A DNA stretch of 64,000 nt from Gulosibacter sp. (GTDB taxonomy: Bacteria; Actinomycetota; Actinomycetes; Actinomycetales; Microbacteriaceae). The notes under the pieces were generated by a model. The model was not told the DNA's origin, searched no databases, and saw only the letters and a program-made list of their open reading frames with translations. The DNA is taken from positions 3,760 to 67,759 of the forward strand of contig NZ_JBQDBE010000015.1 in NCBI RefSeq assembly GCF_052090685.1, given 5' to 3'. Shown piece by piece: positions 8,765 to 18,083 of this stretch; position 1 is the first letter of the stretch, and each line of letters opens with the position of its first letter. The translations under genes and the position numbers were made by a program.

Positions 8765-10741
8765 ATGAAGACGTTTAAGAAGATCATCAAGAGCCCAATT
8801 TTCATTGTGCTGATCGCGCTCATCGCGATTGGTGTTGGGTTTAGCTTTTTCACCTCGCAGGGTACGAGTGAAGTTACCACGCAAGAGGGCCTCGAGATGC
8901 TCGCCGAGGAGAAGGCGAAGGAAGTCACGATCACGCAGGGTGATAACCGCGTGACCATGGTGCTCGCCGAAGCCGACGACGAGTACGGCGAGAATGTCTT
9001 CTTCTACTACGTGGAGGCGCGCGCCGATCAGGTCATCGACGCGGTCGCCGCGGCAGAACCCGCCGATGGCTTTGACGACGAGGTGCCGGGCCCGAATTGG
9101 CTCTCCACGGCACTTTCGCTCTTGCTGCCACTGATGCTGATCGGTTTCTTCGTCTGGATCATGTTCTCAAGCATGCAGGGCGGGGGCGCGGGCGGCGCGA
9201 TGAAGTTCGCGAAGTCGAAGGCGAAACTCGTCTCGAAGGAAGACCCGCAGGTGACCTTCGCCGATGTCGCGGGTGCGAATGAGGCATTAGAAGAGCTCGC
9301 GGAAATAAAAGAGTTCTTGAAAGAACCGGCGAAATTCCAGGCCGTGGGGGCGCGCATCCCCAAGGGCGTGCTGCTCTACGGCCCGCCGGGAACCGGTAAG
9401 ACGCTCCTTGCCCGTGCGGTTGCGGGCGAGGCTGCCGTTCCTTTCTATTCCATCTCCGGTTCGGACTTCGTCGAGATGTTCGTGGGTGTCGGTGCGAGTC
9501 GTGTCCGCGACCTTTTCGAGCAGGCGAAACAAAACGCGCCAGCGATCATCTTCATCGATGAGATCGACGCCGTCGGTCGCCAGCGTGGCGTCGGCATGGG
9601 TGGCGGAAACGACGAGCGCGAGCAGACCCTGAACCAGTTGCTCGTCGAAATGGATGGCTTTGACGCGACGACGAACGTGATTCTCATCGCGGCTACCAAC
9701 CGGCCGGATGTGCTTGACCCGGCTTTGCTTCGCCCGGGTCGCTTTGACCGCCAGATCGGTGTGGATGCGCCGGATATGCAGGGTCGCGCGCAGATTCTCT
9801 CAGTGCATGCCAAGGGCAAGCCGCTCGCAAACGATGTCGACCTGAGCTCGGTGGCGCGAAAGACCCCCGGATTCACGGGTGCGGATCTCGCGAACGTGCT
9901 CAACGAGGCGGCGCTGCTCACTGCGCGCATGAACGCGCAGATCATCGATGCGCGAGCTATCGAAGAGGCCATTGACCGCGTGATCGCCGGGCCACAGCGA
10001 CGGAGTCGGGTCATGAATGACCAGGAGAAGCTGATCACCGCGTATCACGAGGGTGGCCATGCGGTCGCGGCAGCGGCGCTTCGCCACACCGACCCCGTGA
10101 CGAAGATCACGATCCTGCCTCGCGGTCGCGCCCTCGGATACACGATGGTGGTGCCGCTCGAGGACAAGTACTCGGTGACTCGCAATGAGCTGCTCGACCA
10201 GCTCACCTACGCCATGGGTGGCCGCATCGCTGAAGAGATCGTGTTCCACGATCCGACCACCGGTGCATCCAACGACATCGAGAAGGCAACGAAGACCGCC
10301 CGCAAGATGATCACCGAATACGGCATGTCGAACAAGCTCGGCGCGATGAAGCTCGGTGACAACGAGGGCGACTCGCCCTATTCGCAGTCGCAGGGCGCGC
10401 CGTACTCCGACGGCACCGCGCGCGAGATCGACCACGAGGTGCAGCAGCTACTCGAGAATGCGCTGCAGGAGGCGTACTGGGTGCTCAACCACAACCGCCA
10501 CGTCCTCGACCGCCTCGCAGCTGAACTGCTCGAAAAAGAGACCATCAGCCACGAGCACCTCGACGTGATCTTCGCCGATATCGTCAAGCTGCCCGAGCGT
10601 CCGCAGTGGCTGTCGAGCCCGGAGCGTCCGGTCAGCGACCAGCCGCCAGTGGAGTTGAAGCCTCACCTGCCGGTGGATGAACTCGGCCAGGGTGGTGGTC
10701 ACCACGGTGGTGGTTCGGCGAGCAATACGCGGGCTGATTAG
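8765..10741 (+). CDS. ftsH: ATP-dependent zinc metalloprotease FtsH
   Basis: It has two N-terminal TM segments, Walker [19 protein letters not shown], Walker [10 protein letters not shown], the SRH region, and the zinc motif HEGGHA. Confidence 0.97.
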   Translation: MKTFKKIIKSPIFIVLIALIAIGVGFSFFTSQGTSEVTTQEGLEMLAEEKAKEVTITQGDNRVTMVLAEADDEYGENVFFYYVEARADQVIDAVAAAEPADGFDDEVPGPNWLSTALSLLLPLMLIGFFVWIMFSSMQGGGAGGAMKFAKSKAKLVSKEDPQVTFADVAGANEALEELAEIKEFLKEPAKFQAVGARIPKGVLLYGPPGTGKTLLARAVAGEAAVPFYSISGSDFVEMFVGVGASRVRDLFEQAKQNAPAIIFIDEIDAVGRQRGVGMGGGNDEREQTLNQLLVEMDGFDATTNVILIAATNRPDVLDPALLRPGRFDRQIGVDAPDMQGRAQILSVHAKGKPLANDVDLSSVARKTPGFTGADLANVLNEAALLTARMNAQIIDARAIEEAIDRVIAGPQRRSRVMNDQEKLITAYHEGGHAVAAAALRHTDPVTKITILPRGRALGYTMVVPLEDKYSVTRNELLDQLTYAMGGRIAEEIVFHDPTTGASNDIEKATKTARKMITEYGMSNKLGAMKLGDNEGDSPYSQSQGAPYSDGTAREIDHEVQQLLENALQEAYWVLNHNRHVLDRLAAELLEKETISHEHLDVIFADIVKLPERPQWLSSPERPVSDQPPVELKPHLPVDELGQGGGHHGGGSASNTRAD

Positions 10742-10744
10742 TCA

Positions 10745-11917
10745 GTGACTGTAGACCGGGAGCGTGCTGCGGCTGCGATTCGAGAGTTCCTCGCAGCCGC
10801 GGGTTTGCGCGCCGATGACCCTCGCTTAGCTCGCACACCCGAGCGCGTCGCGGCTGCCGCCGAAGAACTACTCGGCGGCGAGGGCGTCGACCCGGTGCCC
10901 ATGCTGCGCGCCGGGCGAATCTCGGTCAGCGGCGACGCCGAGGTCCGTGGTGGCAGCGTAGATGGTGACCGCGGTGACCTCGGCAGCGGCAGCGGTGGTG
11001 GCGGTGACAGCGGTGGTGGCGGTGACGCCGCGCCGGGTACCCCAGCTTCTGCGCGGGATACCAACGCTTCCTCGTCAGATACCAGCGCTTCTTCATCAGA
11101 TACCACCGAAAGTGAAGTTGACCACTCTCTAGAAAGTGGTCAACTGCATTTCGGGTGGTCCTCAAATTCGGGCACGACCCGCCCCACGCCCGGTGCTCCC
11201 GCATCTTCGTCGGGTCCCCTCACTTCGACGCCCGGTGCCACCGCTTCAGCGCCGGATACCACCGAAAGTGAAGTTGACCACTCTCTAGAAAGTGGTCAAC
11301 TGCGTTTTGGGTGGTATTCAGGAGCGGCGACGGGCGGCGAAGCGGGCGGAGATCTGGGCGGCCAACCGGGCGGAGATCTGGGCGGTGAAGCGGGCGGAGA
11401 TCTGGGCGGTGAAGCGGGCGGAGACCTGGACGGCGAACCGAGCCGCGAAGCAGGAGGCGAACCGGGCAGCGAATCGAGCCGCGAATACACCGACGGCAAC
11501 CTCGTTCTCCTCCGGAACATCCGCTTCCGCTCGATGTGCGAGCACCACCTGCTGCCTTTCGACGGCTGGGTTCACCTGGCCTATCTCCCCGGCGACTCCA
11601 TCATCGGGTTCGGCCGACTCTACGATCTAGTCGAGATCTGCTCGAGCCGCCTGACCCTGCAGGAGCGCCTCGGAGAAGAGCTCGTCGATGCCGTCATGTC
11701 CGGACTCGACGCTCACGGCGCGCTCGCGGTGATCGAAGCTCGACAAGGATGCGTGGCAGACCGAGGCCCCCGGCAGTCAGATTCAGACTCGGTCACCTTG
11801 GCCGCACGCGGCAAATTGTATGACCCGCAGATCCGCGCGGATGCGCTGCGACTGATCGCGCTTGGCGGTAGCGACCGGGATGCCGACTCCACTGAGCGTG
11901 GCCACGGTCCCAGATAG
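10745..11917 (+). CDS. folE: GTP cyclohydrolase I with a large internal low-complexity insertion
   Basis: The N-terminus is ...RLARTPERVAAAAEELLGG. The C-terminal core is LRNIRFRSMCEHHLLPFDGWVHLAYLP...LTLQERLGEEL...VIEARQGCVADRG. About 190 residues of repeats lie between them, giving 390 aa against the ~190-200 aa usual for FolE. Confidence 0.85.
   Translation: MTVDRERAAAAIREFLAAAGLRADDPRLARTPERVAAAAEELLGGEGVDPVPMLRAGRISVSGDAEVRGGSVDGDRGDLGSGSGGGGDSGGGGDAAPGTPASARDTNASSSDTSASSSDTTESEVDHSLESGQLHFGWSSNSGTTRPTPGAPASSSGPLTSTPGATASAPDTTESEVDHSLESGQLRFGWYSGAATGGEAGGDLGGQPGGDLGGEAGGDLGGEAGGDLDGEPSREAGGEPGSESSREYTDGNLVLLRNIRFRSMCEHHLLPFDGWVHLAYLPGDSIIGFGRLYDLVEICSSRLTLQERLGEELVDAVMSGLDAHGALAVIEARQGCVADRGPRQSDSDSVTLAARGKLYDPQIRADALRLIALGGSDRDADSTERGHGPR
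11099..11159. repeat. 61-bp intragenic element, copy 1 (contains palindrome gttgaccact-ctctagaa-agtggtcaac at 11117-11144)
   Basis: gataccaccgaaagtgaagttgaccactctctagaaagtggtcaactgcatttcgggtggt is repeated at 11255-11315 with 2 mismatches. Confidence 0.9.
11255..11315. repeat. 61-bp intragenic element, copy 2 (palindrome at 11273-11300)
   Basis: The sequence matches copy 1 except for two positions (tgcGtttTggg). It lies 156 bp (52 codons) downstream, in the same frame. Confidence 0.9.
11344..11439. repeat. Tandem 24-nt repeat x4 inside folE (encodes GGDLGGEA-type units)
   Basis: The units gggcggagatctgggcgg(ccaacc/tgaagc) start at 11344, 11368, 11392 and 11416. Confidence 0.85.
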
Positions 11918-12088
11918 CCGGGACAAGATTTTTGATGAAGCAGACTCCGTAGGCTGAACATTGCTGAGACCCTCGACGTCGTAGAGCCGTAATCCGCGTG
12001 TTGTCGGAAGGCTGGACTAAAGTGTGCAGAAGATATCAGCCGTGCGTGGCCAATTACCTTTATTGCGCGGGGAAGAGGGCTGACCTAC

Positions 12089-12424
12089 ATGTTGCTAGCA
12101 ATTACAGCTTTTATTGACGTTCCAGAAGGAGTGCCGACCGTAGGGGTGGTTAAGGCATTTCGTGACGGGCTCGAAGAACTCGAAAAGCGCGAGTCTCTAA
12201 TCGATCCTGACGTTACAGTTATGAAGGCACTCCACCGAGTGAGAGTGCAAATTACGCTCGCCATGGACCCACCTGACGATGATTTGATCGAGAGTGTCCT
12301 CAGCGATGCGTTGGAAATTGGCTCATCGGGGGAGTTCGTCCTCGTTAATGATGAAGACGATGAGTTAGCCACCAATCTTCAGAAGCCTCTGCATCGCAGG
12401 GGCGCGTTGCTCACCCCGGCATGA
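12089..12424 (+). CDS. Hypothetical small acidic protein (111 aa), first gene of an orphan pair
   Basis: The ORF has a plausible RBS (gaagaggg ~10 nt upstream) and a 4-nt ATGA overlap with the next gene. No family was recognised. Confidence 0.5.
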   Translation: MLLAITAFIDVPEGVPTVGVVKAFRDGLEELEKRESLIDPDVTVMKALHRVRVQITLAMDPPDDDLIESVLSDALEIGSSGEFVLVNDEDDELATNLQKPLHRRGALLTPA

Positions 12425-13281
12425 CTGCCGCGCGCCGTGCCATCGCTTTGTCGACAGATGAACGAGTAAACCTGGCGATATGGCGAGGTACGAAGCAATA
12501 CGCTCCCATCGTCCTGCAGGCTATTGCAACCGTAGGAATCGGTTTCGTTCCCGGTGGGTTCGCACAGAGCAGTCCATACTCCGAATGGGCTTGGCCGCTC
12601 CTGATAGCTTCCATTCTCGCGGCTCTTGCGGGAGGAATCTGGGGTGTACGTCAGCGGCGAAGCACCGCAGAACTTGAGCGGCACGCGGCAGGTGCACATG
12701 AACGTGCTGAAGCACGGGCGGATGCGGTGAGGCGAGCATTGGATCATATTGTCCAGGAGATTATGGATGATCTAAGAGTGAACCGTGCAGAAACGCGAGG
12801 ATCGGTGTACAGGCATCGGAATGACGATTTTCTGTTGGTTTCGCGTTGGTCGGAGAACCCGAAACTGCACAAGATCGGGACACTTGAATTTTCTGATGAC
12901 CAGGGTGTACTTGCTGAGGCATGGGAACGCGGATTTGCGAGTACGCAAGACATGGATGAAGACCTTGAAAAGTGGCGAATCATGCAAGAGGAGCAATACA
13001 ACGTGTCGAGAGATCGCGTTCTGAAACTCACTATGCATGCTCGGTCGATGCTTGCTCTCCGGATCGATCACAACGGTGACCAGCTGGGTGCGATCGTGTT
13101 GGAAAGCCGTCGTCCGCGTGGGCTCACCACAAGGCATCTTGCACAGTTGAAGGAACACATCCTCGTCCGAGCAATAGCACCACTACTCTCTATCCCCTGG
13201 TCACATTTACCGAGTGCTGCGACTTTATCCACAGAGGATCTAGGCAATCCTGGTGTCGAAACTTCCTTATCGCGGGAATAG
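12421..13281 (+). CDS. Membrane protein with two N-terminal TM helices, a coiled segment and a GAF-like C-terminal domain
   Basis: The TM segments are YAPIVLQAIATVGIGFVPGGF and WAWPLLIASILAALAGGIWGV. The C-terminal part ...SVYRHRNDDFLLVSRWSE...SMLALRIDHNGDQLGAIVLESRRP resembles GAF-domain strands. Confidence 0.5.
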   Translation: MTAARRAIALSTDERVNLAIWRGTKQYAPIVLQAIATVGIGFVPGGFAQSSPYSEWAWPLLIASILAALAGGIWGVRQRRSTAELERHAAGAHERAEARADAVRRALDHIVQEIMDDLRVNRAETRGSVYRHRNDDFLLVSRWSENPKLHKIGTLEFSDDQGVLAEAWERGFASTQDMDEDLEKWRIMQEEQYNVSRDRVLKLTMHARSMLALRIDHNGDQLGAIVLESRRPRGLTTRHLAQLKEHILVRAIAPLLSIPWSHLPSAATLSTEDLGNPGVETSLSRE

Positions 13282-13478
13282 CTCCTTAGCGCGCTGTGCT
13301 TACCCAAGCGCCTAAAACTGGAAACTCACGAGCGAATCTCCCGAAGTCAGCCAATGGTTTGTGCACTTTAGTGAACGCGCGGGCTTCACTCAAGTATTGC
13401 AACCCGGACCGGAAAAGACTTCGGTAACGGATAGATTACGGATGTTTGTGAATTTCATCTGAGCCCGTGAGGACATCC

Positions 13479-14837
13479 ATGAAGACTCGCCGCATGATTG
13501 GCGCCGGCGCCGCCACCGCAGCTCTCCTTCTCGCAGGAGCGGTTGCGACTCCAGCGTTTGCTGCTGACCAGACCGTCACTGATCTGAACGATGCATCGTT
13601 GACTGCCGAATCACTCGTCGAGAGCCTTCTGGGTGACGACACTGAGGTCAGTAACGTGACCTTTACCGGTGACCCGCGGGGAGCTGGTGTCGCGAGCGGT
13701 TTTGAAGACGTCTTCGGTATCGACGGCGGTGTCGTGCTTGCCAGTGGTGCAGTTGCCGGATCGTCAAGCATCATCCTGGGGCCGAACACGAGTGACGGCA
13801 CTTCGGTCAGCCTGGGAGCGCCCGGTGACACTGACCTCGACGCTATCGTTGCCCCTAACTCGACACGCGACGCTTCAGTCCTCGAGTTCGACTTCGTACC
13901 GCAGAGCAGCACGATTACGTTCTCGTATGTCTTCGGCTCGGATGAGTACCAAGAATATGTAGATAGCTCATTCAACGATGTCTTCGGCTTCTTCGTAAAC
14001 GGCACCAACTATGCCACCGTGAATACCGCGGACGGTGTCGTTCCAGTTGCGATCAACTCGATTAACCACAAGACGAACTCATCGTTCTACGTCGATAACT
14101 ACGGCGAAAACAACACCAACTTCAACACGGAACTCGACGGCTTCACCGTTGTGCTCACCTTTGAAGCACCGGTAAATGCTGGCGAGGTCAATCACATCAA
14201 GCTGGCCATCGCGGATACTTCCGACCGGTCTCGCGACTCCGCGGTGCTCATCGCCGCAGGCAGCTTCAAGTCGAACACCGCGCCTGTCGCAAACGACGTC
14301 GCCAAGGAAACCGAGTTTGACACTCCAGTCGACGTCACGCTTGACGGCACCGACGCAGACGGGGATGCACTGACTTACGAAATCGTCGATGCACCAGCCG
14401 CTGAGCAGGGCACCGTCTCGGCTGTGGACGGCAACAAGGTCACCTTCACTCCGGCCGAAGGATTCACCGGCGATGCCACGTTCACCTACCGCGTGAACGA
14501 CGGCTCGGTGAACTCGGCGCCGGCAACCGTAACGGTTACCGTGCTTGAGGAAGGCACCGTCATCCCGACGCCGACGCCGACGCCGACCCCAACTGAGACC
14601 ACGACGGCACCAACCACCACGCCTCCGACGACCGACCCGGCCACGTCGGTTCCCACCGCGACCGATTCAGAGTCGCCAAAGCCGGACAAGGGCGACAAGC
14701 CAGCTAAGGGCGACCAGGATGACGACGCGCTCGCATCCACCGGTGCCAGCGACATGGGTCTGCTGATCGGCCTCAGCGCAGCGCTCATGCTGGCCGGTGG
14801 CCTCGCCTTCGCCGCAAACAAGCGTCGCCGGGCATAG
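13479..14837 (+). CDS. Cell-wall-anchored surface protein (choice-of-anchor-L-like domain + cadherin/VCBS-like repeat + Pro/Thr stalk + LAxTG sorting signal)
   Basis: Signal peptide ...AVATPAFA. Domain motifs are NDVFGFFVNG...ELDGFT...IADTSDRSRDSAVLI, then DGTDADGDALTYEIV...TFTYRVNDG. A PTPTPTPTPTETT stalk follows, and the C-terminus is LASTG + hydrophobic + KRRRA. The start was chosen at ATG 13479 (gagga RBS). Confidence 0.8.
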   Translation: MKTRRMIGAGAATAALLLAGAVATPAFAADQTVTDLNDASLTAESLVESLLGDDTEVSNVTFTGDPRGAGVASGFEDVFGIDGGVVLASGAVAGSSSIILGPNTSDGTSVSLGAPGDTDLDAIVAPNSTRDASVLEFDFVPQSSTITFSYVFGSDEYQEYVDSSFNDVFGFFVNGTNYATVNTADGVVPVAINSINHKTNSSFYVDNYGENNTNFNTELDGFTVVLTFEAPVNAGEVNHIKLAIADTSDRSRDSAVLIAAGSFKSNTAPVANDVAKETEFDTPVDVTLDGTDADGDALTYEIVDAPAAEQGTVSAVDGNKVTFTPAEGFTGDATFTYRVNDGSVNSAPATVTVTVLEEGTVIPTPTPTPTPTETTTAPTTTPPTTDPATSVPTATDSESPKPDKGDKPAKGDQDDDALASTGASDMGLLIGLSAALMLAGGLAFAANKRRRA

Positions 14838-14898
14838 TTGAGCCGCGGCACGGTCTAGCCGCTACCGGCTAGACACCGCGGCACCGCGACCTCCCAAC

Positions 14899-14946
14899 AA
14901 AAGCGCTACACCCGACCCCATCACGGGGCCGGGTGTAGCGCTTTTC
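14899..14946. terminator. Bidirectional intrinsic terminator between surface-protein gene and katG
   Basis: aaaagcgctacacccg...cgggtgtagcgctttt is a long GC-rich stem flanked by an A-run and a T-run. Confidence 0.7.
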
Positions 14947-14975
14947 GCTTCGGACAAGGCCAAAGCCGAAGTCGA

Positions 14976-17255
14976 CTACACCAGGTCGAAGCGGTCGAGC
15001 TCGGTGACCTTGGCCCAGGCGGCGACGAAGTCCGCAACGAACTTCTCGGTGGCGTCATCGCTCGCGTAAACCTCGGCGACCGCGCGCAGCTCCGAGTTGG
15101 AACCGAAGAGCAGGTCAACGCGGGTGCCACGGCCGACGAGCTCTCCCGAACCCTCGCGGCGACCCTCGAAGGCCTGCGAGTCCGGATCGAGCGGCTTCCA
15201 AGTCGTGCCGAGGTCGAGCAGATTCACGAAATAGTCGTTCGTGAGCTGCCCCGGGCGGTCGGTGAACACACCGTAGTCCGAGCCGTCCCAGTTCGCGGCG
15301 AGCGCGCGCAGTCCACCCACGAGCACCGTCATCTCGGGCGCCGAGAGGGTCAGCAGGTTCGCCTTATCCACGAGCGCGTGCTCCTGCGGGAGCACCGCGT
15401 TCGGCCCGTAGTAGTTCCGGAAACCATCCGCGATCGGCTCGAGCACGCCGAAGGAATTCACATCGGTCTGCTCCGCAGAAGCATCCGTCCGGCCCGGGTG
15501 GAACGGCACGGTGACCTCGTGACCCGCATCCGCCGCCGCCTTTTCGATGGCCGCGTTGCCCGCGAGCACGATCAGGTCGGCGAGCGAAACCCGCTTGCCA
15601 TCGGCGCGGCCCTCGTTGAACGAAGCCTGCACCCGCTCGAGCACCTCCAACACGCGGCCGAGTCGCTCGGGGTTGTTCGCGCTCCAGTTGCGCTGCGGTT
15701 CGAGGCGGATGCGCGCACCGTTGGCACCGCCGCGCTTGTCGCTACCGCGGTAGGTGGATGCTGCCGCCCAGGTGGTCGCGACGAGGTCGCCGATGCTGAG
15801 CCCCGCATCCAGAATCTGCTGCTTCAGCGAGGCGGCTTCGGATGCGTCGATCAGCTCGTGATCGACGGCCGGCACCGGATCTTCCCAGATGAGGGCTTCC
15901 TGCGGAACTTCCGGCCCGAGCAGGCGAATCTTCGGGCCCATGTCGCGGTGGGTGAGCTTGTACCAGGCACGTCCGAAGGCATCCTCGAAGGCCCCGAGGT
16001 CGTCCTTGAAGCGACGCGAGATTTTCGCGTACTCGGGGTCCACGCGCAGCGAAATGTCGGTGGTGAGCATGCGCGGTTCGCGGCGGCCGCTACCGTGCGC
16101 CATTGGCACCATGTCCTCACCGCCGCCGTCCTTCGGGCGCCACTGGTAGGCGCCGGCCGGGCTCTTCATGAGTTCCCACTCGTAGGCGTAGAGGATGTGG
16201 AAGAACTCGTTGTCCCAGCGTGTGGGGTGGTAGGTCCAGGTGACCTCGATACCCGAGGTGATCTGGTCATCCCCCTTGCCGCTGGCGTGGTTGTTCTTCC
16301 AGCCAAGGCCCTGCATTTCCAGGCCCGCCGCTTCGGGGTTGTCTTCGAGATTCGAGTCGGGCGCGGCGCCGTGGGTCTTACCGAAGGTGTGGCCACCGGC
16401 GATGAGCGCGACGGTTTCCTCGTCGTTCATCGCCATGCGGGCGAAGGTTTCGCGGATGTCGTGGGCCGCGGCGAGCGGGTCAGGCTCGCCCTCCGGGCCT
16501 TCCGGGTTCACGTAGATGAGACCCATGGTGGTCGCGGCGAGCGGCTTTTCGAGGTCACGGTCACCGGTGTAGCGCTTGTCGGTGCCGAGCCACGTGGTTT
16601 CGCTGCCCCAGTAAACATCGTCGTCCGGTTCCCAGGCTTCCACGCGACCGCCGCCGAAACCGAAGGTCTTCATGCCCATCGATTCGAGCGCGACGTTCCC
16701 AGCGAGGATCATCAGGTCGCCCCAGGAAATGTTCTTGCCGTACTTCTTCTTGACCGGCCAGAGGACGCGGCGCGCCTTGTCGAGACCGACGTTGTCGGGC
16801 CAGCTATTGAGCGGAGCAAAACGCTGCTGGCCGGTGCCCGCACCACCGCGACCGTCGTAGATGCGGTAGGTGCCCGCGGCGTGCCAGGCCATGCGGATGA
16901 TCAGCGGACCGTAATTGCCGAAGTCGGCAGGCCACCATTCCTGCGAGGTCGTGAGGGTCTGGGCGATCTCTTGCTTGACCTCGTCGAGGTTCAGTGTGTC
17001 GAAGGCCGCGCGATAGTCGAAGTCCTCACCGATCGGGTTCGCGACGGCGGGGTTCTTCGCAAGGATCTTCAGGTTGAGCTGGTTTGGCCACCACACCTGG
17101 TTGGCGTTGCCGGCGGTGGGGTGAGGCTGATTGTGCACGACCGGGCAGGTGGCCTCTTCGGCCTGCGCTTCGGCGGCGTCGGAGACGGTAACTGACTGGT
17201 CAATGTCAGTGTCGTTCTCGCCGATTTCGGTGACGGCTTCGTCGGGGTTGGACAT
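14976..17255 (-). CDS. katG: Catalase-peroxidase
   Basis: ...[11 protein letters not shown]...[11 protein letters not shown]...[10 protein letters not shown]... with a duplicated peroxidase-fold architecture. The start was chosen at the ATG preceded by ggaagga (759 aa). Confidence 0.96.
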   Translation of the reverse strand: MSNPDEAVTEIGENDTDIDQSVTVSDAAEAQAEEATCPVVHNQPHPTAGNANQVWWPNQLNLKILAKNPAVANPIGEDFDYRAAFDTLNLDEVKQEIAQTLTTSQEWWPADFGNYGPLIIRMAWHAAGTYRIYDGRGGAGTGQQRFAPLNSWPDNVGLDKARRVLWPVKKKYGKNISWGDLMILAGNVALESMGMKTFGFGGGRVEAWEPDDDVYWGSETTWLGTDKRYTGDRDLEKPLAATTMGLIYVNPEGPEGEPDPLAAAHDIRETFARMAMNDEETVALIAGGHTFGKTHGAAPDSNLEDNPEAAGLEMQGLGWKNNHASGKGDDQITSGIEVTWTYHPTRWDNEFFHILYAYEWELMKSPAGAYQWRPKDGGGEDMVPMAHGSGRREPRMLTTDISLRVDPEYAKISRRFKDDLGAFEDAFGRAWYKLTHRDMGPKIRLLGPEVPQEALIWEDPVPAVDHELIDASEAASLKQQILDAGLSIGDLVATTWAAASTYRGSDKRGGANGARIRLEPQRNWSANNPERLGRVLEVLERVQASFNEGRADGKRVSLADLIVLAGNAAIEKAAADAGHEVTVPFHPGRTDASAEQTDVNSFGVLEPIADGFRNYYGPNAVLPQEHALVDKANLLTLSAPEMTVLVGGLRALAANWDGSDYGVFTDRPGQLTNDYFVNLLDLGTTWKPLDPDSQAFEGRREGSGELVGRGTRVDLLFGSNSELRAVAEVYASDDATEKFVADFVAAWAKVTELDRFDLV

Positions 17256-17396
17256 TTCAGATCCTTCCATGATCACGGGTGGTCGTTCGGGGTGGTGGTT
17301 GTTGGATGCGGGATGCGGCTACCGGTTCAGTCGGTGGGAGCATGCGGGCGCAGGGGTGGTGGATGCGCGGGGTGGCGGATGTAGGGTCGGCATCGG

Positions 17397-17828
17397 CTAT
17401 TCGGCTGCGTTGGACTGGGTGCAGTCCGGACAGACGCCCCAGTAGGTGACCTCGGATTCTTCGACGACGTAGCCGTGCGTGTCCGAGGGCTCGAGACAGG
17501 GAGCGTGGCCGACGGCGCAGTCGATATCGACGATGGAATTGCAGGCTCGGCAGATCAGATGATGGTGATTGTCGGTGATGCGCAGCTCGAAGAGCATCGG
17601 CAAACCGGCGGGCTTGATGCGTCGAACGAGTCCCGCATTCGTGAAGTCGGTAAGCGCGTTGTAGATCGACTGCATGCTGGTCGCCGGCAGCTTCGCCGAG
17701 ATCGAGTCGAACACGTCCTCCGCCCGCGCGTGTGGATGCTCTTCAAGCGCTTCGTACACCGCGGCCCGCGTGGCAGTCAGGCGCAGCCCGGCGGCCCGGA
17801 TGGTTTCGATGGAGGTAGTCACTGGCAA
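17397..17828 (-). CDS. furA: Fur-family peroxide-responsive repressor (FurA/PerR-like)
   Basis: ...RLTATRAAVYEAL...HHHLICRACNSIVDIDC...WGVCPDC (HHHxxCxxC and CxxC). It sits directly upstream of katG as in other actinobacteria. The start (TTG 17828 or GTG 17822) is uncertain. Confidence 0.88.
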   Translation of the reverse strand: MPVTTSIETIRAAGLRLTATRAAVYEALEEHPHARAEDVFDSISAKLPATSMQSIYNALTDFTNAGLVRRIKPAGLPMLFELRITDNHHHLICRACNSIVDIDCAVGHAPCLEPSDTHGYVVEESEVTYWGVCPDCTQSNAAE

Positions 17829-18083
17829 GCCCTAGGCCGAATTGATGATTTGAGTGAACCAAAGTTGAGAGGAACTCAACAAACGCTCGGAGCGATTAAG
17901 GCAGTTAGGCTGACCTAAGTCAACGAGAAAACTGTGATTCTCGGCAGATTTGCGGACAACAGTGTCGAGGGATCGGTGCCGCCTGAGTGCTTCCGAGAGG
18001 AAATGCGTCCAGTGCGAAGCAAACCGGCCGTGCCGGCTCGCGAGGTGAATTCCCTGGTCAGATAGTGCGAGAAGATAAACACC

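Noticed and set aside
11344-11439. CRISPR-like regular repeats
   Set aside because: The 24-nt units are directly tandem with no spacers. They are in frame inside folE and encode GGDLGGEA repeats.
15378-17195. 605-aa plus-strand ORF
   Set aside because: It is entirely antisense to katG, whose translation carries unmistakable catalase-peroxidase motifs. The antisense product is Arg/Gly/Val-rich with no motifs, a typical high-GC shadow ORF.
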